From Bacteroidia bacterium (GTDB lineage: Bacteria; Bacteroidota; Bacteroidia; NS11-12g; UBA955), in contig JBBAKM010000007.1 of the NCBI GenBank assembly GCA_040403495.1, forward strand, positions 486 to 64,485: a DNA stretch of 64,000 bases, written 5' to 3'. Below are positions 58,204-64,000 of this stretch, piece after piece. The translations under genes were made by a program, and so were the position numbers. Each line of letters begins with the position of its first letter. Within the stretch, counting starts at the first letter, position 1. The notes under the pieces were generated by a model, which was not told the DNA's origin, searched no databases, and saw only the letters and a program-made list of their open reading frames with translations.

Positions 58204-58924
58204 ATATCTTTTTTTCATTTCAATTGTATTATTCAGTTGTCATCCCGCCGATGATTTATTTACCTCTTACGGGGAAGTTATTAATGAAGAACGCCAAGTG
58301 CCTAATTTTGACGCCATAGAGGTGGGTGAAAAGTTTGATGTTTTTATCATTCAAGACTCAATAAAAGCTGGAACAGTTATTATGTCCGCGGGTAAAAATG
58401 TAATTAAAGGCTACACAACTGTTGTCGAAAATAACTTACTAAAAATAAGAAACGAGAACTCTTTTAATTGGGTTAGAAAACTAAAAATTAGACAAAAAGT
58501 TATTGTTTATGTAAACACTCTCAATAGAATTGAAATACTAGGGAGCGCAAAAATCATCAGTGAAGGACCTATTGTAAACAAACAATCGATAACTATAAAC
58601 CAAGGTGGACTCGAGGATGCTGAACTGAAAATTGAAGCTGATTATATCAATATCAATTGCAATAACACTGGTGGTGTTATATTGAGCGGTTCTTGTTTTT
58701 TGATTTCTGCCTCTGTAGATGATATTAGTTTTTTGGATGCAAGAAATTTGGAAGCAAAAAAATGCTATATCGCAAGCTTTAGCAGAGCTGACTCTTATGT
58801 AAAAGGGCTCGAAGTACTTGATATTAAACTTTTTGGTGCAGGAAACATTCATTATTCAGGCGAACCAAGTCAAACTTTTACTAAATTCAACTCGGGTGAG
58901 GGTAAAATTATCCCTTTAATGTAG
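58196..58924 (+). CDS. DUF2807 / head-GIN-domain (putative auto-transporter adhesin head) lipoprotein
   Basis: 242 aa with the lipoprotein signal (FSC). It has repeated beta-helix-like 'N/G-x-G-x-V' strands typical of DUF2807. Confidence 0.5.
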   Translation: MTKYLFFISIVLFSCHPADDLFTSYGEVINEERQVPNFDAIEVGEKFDVFIIQDSIKAGTVIMSAGKNVIKGYTTVVENNLLKIRNENSFNWVRKLKIRQKVIVYVNTLNRIEILGSAKIISEGPIVNKQSITINQGGLEDAELKIEADYININCNNTGGVILSGSCFLISASVDDISFLDARNLEAKKCYIASFSRADSYVKGLEVLDIKLFGAGNIHYSGEPSQTFTKFNSGEGKIIPLM

Positions 58925-59938
58925 TTTCTGTTTGATTGCCTCTAACAACCTTTCTTTTTCGCCGAACATTATCTCCGTTTTTAAAGGCAAAACCCAAAAT
59001 TTATTCTCAGGAACTAAGTTAAAAAGTGTTTCATTGAGCAACTTCGATTCATCTTTTTCGGTTGTAACTACTATGGTTTGAGCATCCAAAGAATCAATAA
59101 GCATTGTAATCTCTTTTACTGAATAATTATAATGATCGGGGAATGATTTAGCTTGAACTCCCGAATATTGCGATTTTAATTCATTGATAAACAATTGTGG
59201 ATTTGCTATTGATGACAATGCTATTACTTTTTGAACTTTCAACTCCGAAAGACTTGTAGAGCCTTTTATTGAACGAATTTTTTGGTATTGAATACAAGTA
59301 AAAAACACAGATTGATGCTTACTTGGATTAATCTTTTGAATAAGTTGTTGCTTCTCAACTAAACCCATAGTTGGGGGACATTTTGTTACTACGATGATGT
59401 TCGCTCTTTTTATTCCGTTAATACTTTCGCGCAATCTACCAACAGGCAACAAAGTGTCATTGAAATACAAATTACCATATTCAGTAAGCACCACTTGAAC
59501 ATCCAACTGAACCGCCCTGTGTTGAAAAGCATCATCCAAGAGCACCAATTCTACCTTCGATTTTTCATAATACTGTAAGCCAAGTTTTCGTTTTTCGGCT
59601 ACCACGACTTCCACTTCGGGCAAATGTTGTAAATACCAAAATGGTTCATCGCCTATTGTTTGAGCTGAAGAGGTTTGATTAGCGTGTATTAATCCTTTGG
59701 TTTTTCGTCCATACCCTCTTGACAAGATTCCAATTTTATAATCGCTTTTAAATTCGTTAAATAACCATGCCGTAAAAGGGGTTTTACCACTTCCACCCAC
59801 TTGCAAATTTCCGATTCCAATGGTTTTTAATGTCGATTTATATGATTTAAAAAACTGATGGCCGTAGCAATAATTCCTAACTTTGGTAATGGCATTGAAC
59901 AACAAAGCCAAAGGGAAAAGTAGGAATTTAGCGAACAT
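58916..59938 (-). CDS. lpxK: Tetraacyldisaccharide 4'-kinase
   Basis: 340 aa with the P-loop 'GNLQVGGSGKTPF'. Confidence 0.85.
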   Translation of the reverse strand: MFAKFLLFPLALLFNAITKVRNYCYGHQFFKSYKSTLKTIGIGNLQVGGSGKTPFTAWLFNEFKSDYKIGILSRGYGRKTKGLIHANQTSSAQTIGDEPFWYLQHLPEVEVVVAEKRKLGLQYYEKSKVELVLLDDAFQHRAVQLDVQVVLTEYGNLYFNDTLLPVGRLRESINGIKRANIIVVTKCPPTMGLVEKQQLIQKINPSKHQSVFFTCIQYQKIRSIKGSTSLSELKVQKVIALSSIANPQLFINELKSQYSGVQAKSFPDHYNYSVKEITMLIDSLDAQTIVVTTEKDESKLLNETLFNLVPENKFWVLPLKTEIMFGEKERLLEAIKQKLH

Positions 59939-59939
59939 A

Positions 59940-60662
59940 TCAATAAACTATTTCAGTTAAGTAAAGCCCATGAGCAGGCACAGAAACACCTGCTAACCTT
60001 CTGTCTTTACTTTCTAATATTTCTTTAAACTTCTCAATTGTAATTTTATTTTCCCCTAACAAGGTTAATGTTCCGACCATTGCTCTAACCATGTTTCTCA
60101 AAAAACGATTGGCTGTCACTTCAAACACTAAAATATGATCTTTATAATACCATTCGGCATGCATTACATTACAGACATAATGTTTCACGTCTGTATTCGT
60201 TTTACTAAAGCAACTGAAATCTTGTTCTCCCAATAGTAAAAGAGCTCCTTCATTCATTTTTTCTAGATTCAATGGGTGAAACCACCTTACTGCTGCATTG
60301 TGTAAAAAAGGATTCTTATCAAAAATGATGTGGTATTCGTATGTCCTTGATTTAGCATTAAAACGGGCATTAAAATCGTCGGAAATTGCAACTATATCAT
60401 GTATTGCTATGTCATGTGGCAAAATACCATTTAGGTTTCTATTGATAGAATCGGGCAAAACCACCGAAGTATCAAAATGAGCAAAATATTGTTTAGCGTG
60501 CACTCCTGTGTCCGTTCTACCACACCCCATTGTTTCAATAGGTTGTCTCAACAAAACAGACAAGGCGTTGTTAAGCACCTCTTGAACTGTCATGCCATTG
60601 GGTTGAATTTGCCAACCTTGATAGTTGGTACCATTGTATGAAAGTTCAATTAGATATCTCAT
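59940..60662 (-). CDS. truA: tRNA pseudouridine(38-40) synthase
   Basis: 240 aa with the catalytic 'GCGRTDTGVHA' motif. Confidence 0.9.
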   Translation of the reverse strand: MRYLIELSYNGTNYQGWQIQPNGMTVQEVLNNALSVLLRQPIETMGCGRTDTGVHAKQYFAHFDTSVVLPDSINRNLNGILPHDIAIHDIVAISDDFNARFNAKSRTYEYHIIFDKNPFLHNAAVRWFHPLNLEKMNEGALLLLGEQDFSCFSKTNTDVKHYVCNVMHAEWYYKDHILVFEVTANRFLRNMVRAMVGTLTLLGENKITIEKFKEILESKDRRLAGVSVPAHGLYLTEIVY

Positions 60663-60670
60663 GACTTTAA

Positions 60671-61261
60671 TTAGTCTATGAATCTACCACCATTGCCCAA
60701 CCAATCAGAAATAACTTTCTTTTCGTTTTCAGTTAAATTTCCCATGCTACCATCCACAGCTTTTGTTTTCATCATTTGACCTCTTTCCACAATTTTACAA
60801 TCGGTATTAAAGATATTTGGAACAGAACCATTGCTTGCATGACAACCAGAAATAGCACATTTTTGAGAAACCAAAGCCTTAACATTGGTAAACAATGGAC
60901 CTGCAGTTCCGCTTTCTGTAATAGTGAAAGTGGCATTTTTAGTACATCCATCGGCATCTTTAACTACCAAAGTATAATTTCCTGGCGCCAAATCTTTAAC
61001 TTCGCTATTGCTAGTAAAGTTACCTCCATTTATTTGGTAAGTAAATCCAGAAGAACCAGAAGCAGTAATCAAAACTTCTCCATTTTTTTCACAAGGACTT
61101 GCATTTTTAACCGTTGTATTAACAACAATATTTTTAGAGGCACAGTTTACGGTTGGACCATCATCGTCACTGCTACCATCGTCATCATTTTTATCGCAAG
61201 AGCTTAGCACAAAACACACTGAAAGTAGTGTTAGAAACAGATTTTTTTTAGATAATTTCAT
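60671..61261 (-). CDS. Hypothetical lipoprotein (acidic linker, Ig-like beta region, C-terminal Cys-x4-Cys-His motif)
   Basis: 196 aa with lipobox LSSCDKNDDDGSSDDDG. The C-terminal region 'CAISGCHASNGS…GSMGNLTENEKKVISDWL' resembles PSCyt-type heme or metal sites but is not a canonical CxxCH. Confidence 0.35.
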   Translation of the reverse strand: MKLSKKNLFLTLLSVCFVLSSCDKNDDDGSSDDDGPTVNCASKNIVVNTTVKNASPCEKNGEVLITASGSSGFTYQINGGNFTSNSEVKDLAPGNYTLVVKDADGCTKNATFTITESGTAGPLFTNVKALVSQKCAISGCHASNGSVPNIFNTDCKIVERGQMMKTKAVDGSMGNLTENEKKVISDWLGNGGRFID

Positions 61262-61265
61262 ATAG

Positions 61266-62651
61266 TTATTTTTTTAATTCTGAGTAAAACTGATAGAAAT
61301 ATGGAATTGTTTCAATGCCTTTGTAATAATTGAACAAACCATACTTTTCGTTTGGAGAGTGTAACGCATCTGAGTCGAGCCCAAATCCCATTAACAATGA
61401 TTTGATTCCTAATTCAGCTTCGAACAATGCAATAATTGGGATACTTCCTCCACCGCGGGTTGGGATTGGATTTTTTCCAAATGTTTGGAACATTGCTTTA
61501 GAAGCTGCTTGAAATTCAATACTGTCTGTTGGTGTAAGAACTGGTTCGCCACCGTGGTGAGGTGTTACTTTTACTTTAACACTTGCAGGCGCTATTTTTT
61601 CAAAATGAGCTTTGAATAAATCAGATATTTTATGTGAATTTTGTCCAGGGACTAAACGCATACTAATTTTAGCATTTGCTTTACTTGGCAATACTGTTTT
61701 AGACCCTTCTCCAATATAACCTCCCCATATTCCATTTACCTCTAATGTTGGTCTGATACTGGTTCTTTCAACTGTAGAATAACCTTTTTCTCCCCATACA
61801 TCGTCAATATTTAAGTCTTTTTTGTAGGCATCCAAACTGAAAGGAGCTTTTGCCATTTCGGCACGGTCTGCATCTGACACTACTATTACATCGTCATAGA
61901 AACCCGGAATTGTAATGTGATTATTTTCGTCATGCAATGATGCTATCATTTGACATAAAATTGTTGCAGGATTAGCCACAGCACCACCATATACACCTGA
62001 GTGTAAGTCACGGTTTGGCCCTATCAATTCTACTTCCATGTAGGCTAAACCTCTTAACCCAACATCTATACTTGGCGTGTCATTGGCAATCATACTGGTA
62101 TCACTTACCAATACAACATCCGCTTTTAATTTCTCTTTATTAGCTTTGATAAAAGTTCCTAAATTAGCAGAACCTACCTCCTCTTCACCTTCAATCATAA
62201 ATTTAACATTACAAGTCAATGAGTTTGTTCTCATCATACTTTCAAATGCTTTAACGTGCATATACATTTGACCTTTGTCATCACAAGCTCCTCTTGCATA
62301 AATAGCACCTTCAGGATGTTCTTCTGTTTGTTTAATTACTGGTTCAAAGGGTGGTGAATGCCACAAATCGAGTGGATCAGCAGGTTGAACATCGTAGTGA
62401 CCATATACCAAAACAGTTGGCAATGAAGCATCAATGATTTTTTCACCATAAACAATTGGATGACCTGCTGTAGGACAAATTTCAACATTATCTGCGCCAG
62501 CTTCTTTTAACTTTTCGGCAACAAAATCGGCTGTTTTTTTAACATCTTCAGCAAATTTACTGTCTGCACTTACAGATGGAATGCGTAATAAGTCTAGGAG
62601 TTCGTTTAAAAATTTATCCTTGTTGGCGTTTAAATATTCTGAATGGGTCAT
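61266..62651 (-). CDS. M20-family dipeptidase (Sapep/PepV-like metallohydrolase)
   Basis: 461 aa with the metal ligand pattern 'HYDVQP…D…EGEEE…' typical of peptidase M20. Confidence 0.8.
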   Translation of the reverse strand: MTHSEYLNANKDKFLNELLDLLRIPSVSADSKFAEDVKKTADFVAEKLKEAGADNVEICPTAGHPIVYGEKIIDASLPTVLVYGHYDVQPADPLDLWHSPPFEPVIKQTEEHPEGAIYARGACDDKGQMYMHVKAFESMMRTNSLTCNVKFMIEGEEEVGSANLGTFIKANKEKLKADVVLVSDTSMIANDTPSIDVGLRGLAYMEVELIGPNRDLHSGVYGGAVANPATILCQMIASLHDENNHITIPGFYDDVIVVSDADRAEMAKAPFSLDAYKKDLNIDDVWGEKGYSTVERTSIRPTLEVNGIWGGYIGEGSKTVLPSKANAKISMRLVPGQNSHKISDLFKAHFEKIAPASVKVKVTPHHGGEPVLTPTDSIEFQAASKAMFQTFGKNPIPTRGGGSIPIIALFEAELGIKSLLMGFGLDSDALHSPNEKYGLFNYYKGIETIPYFYQFYSELKK

Positions 62652-62711
62652 TGTAAATAATTATTATAGACGCAAACATAATTAATTATTGATAAAATTA
62701 AAAACCAATCT

Positions 62712-63278
62712 TTATGACTCCAAATAAATATATTCCTTAAGAAATCCCATGTATTTTTTCTGAGTTATTTCTTTGGCCCCAAACTGTTTTAAATGGTCGG
62801 TTATAAACTGACAATCCACCAATTTAATATCTTGTAAATGAACCCAATCCATCAAAAAAACCAAGGCAATTTTACTTGCATCTGTCACTGTGTGAAACAT
62901 ACTTTCACCAAAAAACATTTTCCCAATTTTCAATCCATACAAGCCCCCTACAAGTTCATCATTGCGCCACACTTCGAAACTGTAGGCATAACCGAGCGTG
63001 TGCAAATGGCAATACAATTCTATAATTTCCTCAGAAATCCAAGTTTCTTCTCTTTTTGCACAAGCCTGCATCGTTGACTTAAAATCGAAATTGATTCTTA
63101 AATCAAAGGTTTTTTTGGCATATAGCTTTTTTAAATTCTTAGGCACATGAAATTCCGACGGAAAAATAACACCTCTCTTTTTGGGTTGATACCAATAAAT
63201 GGTATTATTTTCATCAGGGTCTGCCATTGGGAAAACCCCTTCATAATAGGCGTTAAGAACTTGATGTGCCGTTATCAT
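62712..63278 (-). CDS. aat: Leucyl/phenylalanyl-tRNA--protein transferase
   Basis: 188 aa. The N-terminus 'YYEGVFPMADPDE…YWYQPKKRGVI' and the 'FESMFH' region match Aat. Confidence 0.85.
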   Translation of the reverse strand: MITAHQVLNAYYEGVFPMADPDENNTIYWYQPKKRGVIFPSEFHVPKNLKKLYAKKTFDLRINFDFKSTMQACAKREETWISEEIIELYCHLHTLGYAYSFEVWRNDELVGGLYGLKIGKMFFGESMFHTVTDASKIALVFLMDWVHLQDIKLVDCQFITDHLKQFGAKEITQKKYMGFLKEYIYLES

Positions 63279-63284
63279 ATTTCA

Positions 63285-64000
63285 CTAAACTATGTCTACA
63301 TAGCTTAATTTTTTGAAGGCATTTACCCTCTCCATCAATTCATTTGTTGGAATATCTAAGATATTGTCTGTACCAAATTTTTCGACACAAAAACTAGCCA
63401 TGGCACTACCATATATGATTGCACGTTTCATGTTTTCAAAACTAATATCATTGGTGTACGCCAACCATCCTATAAATCCTCCGGCAAACGTATCGCCTGC
63501 ACCTGTTGGATCAAAAACATCTTCTAGCAACATTGCTGGTGCTGAAAACACTTGGTCTCCATGAAACAACAATGCACCGTGTTCCCCTTTTTTGATAATC
63601 AAATATTGAGGTCCCATTTCTCTGATAACTCTTGACGCTTTTAACAAACTGTATTCACCCGATAATTGACGGGCTTCTTCGTCATTAATAGTTAAAACAT
63701 CTACTTTTTTTAATGCTTTTTTCAAATCTTCTAAAGCGATATCCATCCAAAAATTCATGGTATCCATTACCACTAATTTTGGTTTATTGGTCAATCGTTC
63801 TAGCAATGTTAACTGAACCTGTGGAGACAAGTTGCCCAACATAACAAACTCAGGTTGAGCCAAAGACGCCGGAACAACAGGATCAAAATCAGCCAAAACA
63901 TTGAGTTCTGTGATTAAGGTTTCTCTGCTATTCATGTCATTAAAATATCGACCGCTCCAAAAGAAAGATTTTTCGCCTTCTTTGATCTGTAACCCTTCTG
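63285..64000 (-). CDS. PfkB-family carbohydrate/sugar kinase, 5'-partial (continues beyond the window end)
   Basis: The 'DPTGAGDTFAGGF' anion-hole motif is present. The frame stays open upstream of the annotated Met to position 64000. Confidence 0.75.
   Translation of the reverse strand, partial: EGLQIKEGEKSFFWSGRYFNDMNSRETLITELNVLADFDPVVPASLAQPEFVMLGNLSPQVQLTLLERLTNKPKLVVMDTMNFWMDIALEDLKKALKKVDVLTINDEEARQLSGEYSLLKASRVIREMGPQYLIIKKGEHGALLFHGDQVFSAPAMLLEDVFDPTGAGDTFAGGFIGWLAYTNDISFENMKRAIIYGSAMASFCVEKFGTDNILDIPTNELMERVNAFKKLSYVDIV

Overview
This 64-kb window is low-GC and looks like Flavobacteriia (Bacteroidota) chromosome. The evidence is the T9SS translocon gene sprA (2412 aa), several T9SS C-terminal-sorting cargo proteins, ribosomal protein THX and typical Bacteroidota housekeeping genes.

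Housekeeping content, from left to right:
- An EVE–pyrR–pyrB–asparaginase II operon.
- dnaX, split by a 10-A tract into two frames.
- A Wzy/Wzz/Wzx polysaccharide locus.
- THX, rluD and cinA.
- dnaE, a scoB-like gene and a trans-sulfuration PLP enzyme.
- A dihydroorotase-like gene.
- sprA, lpxK, truA, an M20 dipeptidase, aat and a partial PfkB kinase.

The middle of the window (about 20–44.5 kb) is accessory-looking and rich in repeats. It contains long intergenic spacers filled with mosaic hairpin repeats, a lipoprotein gene bracketed by MITE-like inverted repeats, and a roughly 15-kb block lying immediately downstream of the 3' end of a tRNA-Ser(GGA) gene, together with partial tRNA copies. 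That block encodes:
- a LytS-type propeller sensor kinase with a LytTR regulator;
- two paralogous secreted tail-fibre-like proteins, one with a phage peptidase-S74 intramolecular-chaperone C-terminus;
- a GxxExxY nuclease-fold protein, a TPR protein, a phage-type ORF6N protein and a T9SS cargo protein;
- an orphan regulator triad (LuxR-type, bare receiver, LytTR) preceded by a LytTR-like direct repeat.

No CRISPR array, integrase, transposase or rRNA was seen. All functional calls come from motif recognition in the translated ORFs, not from database searches.
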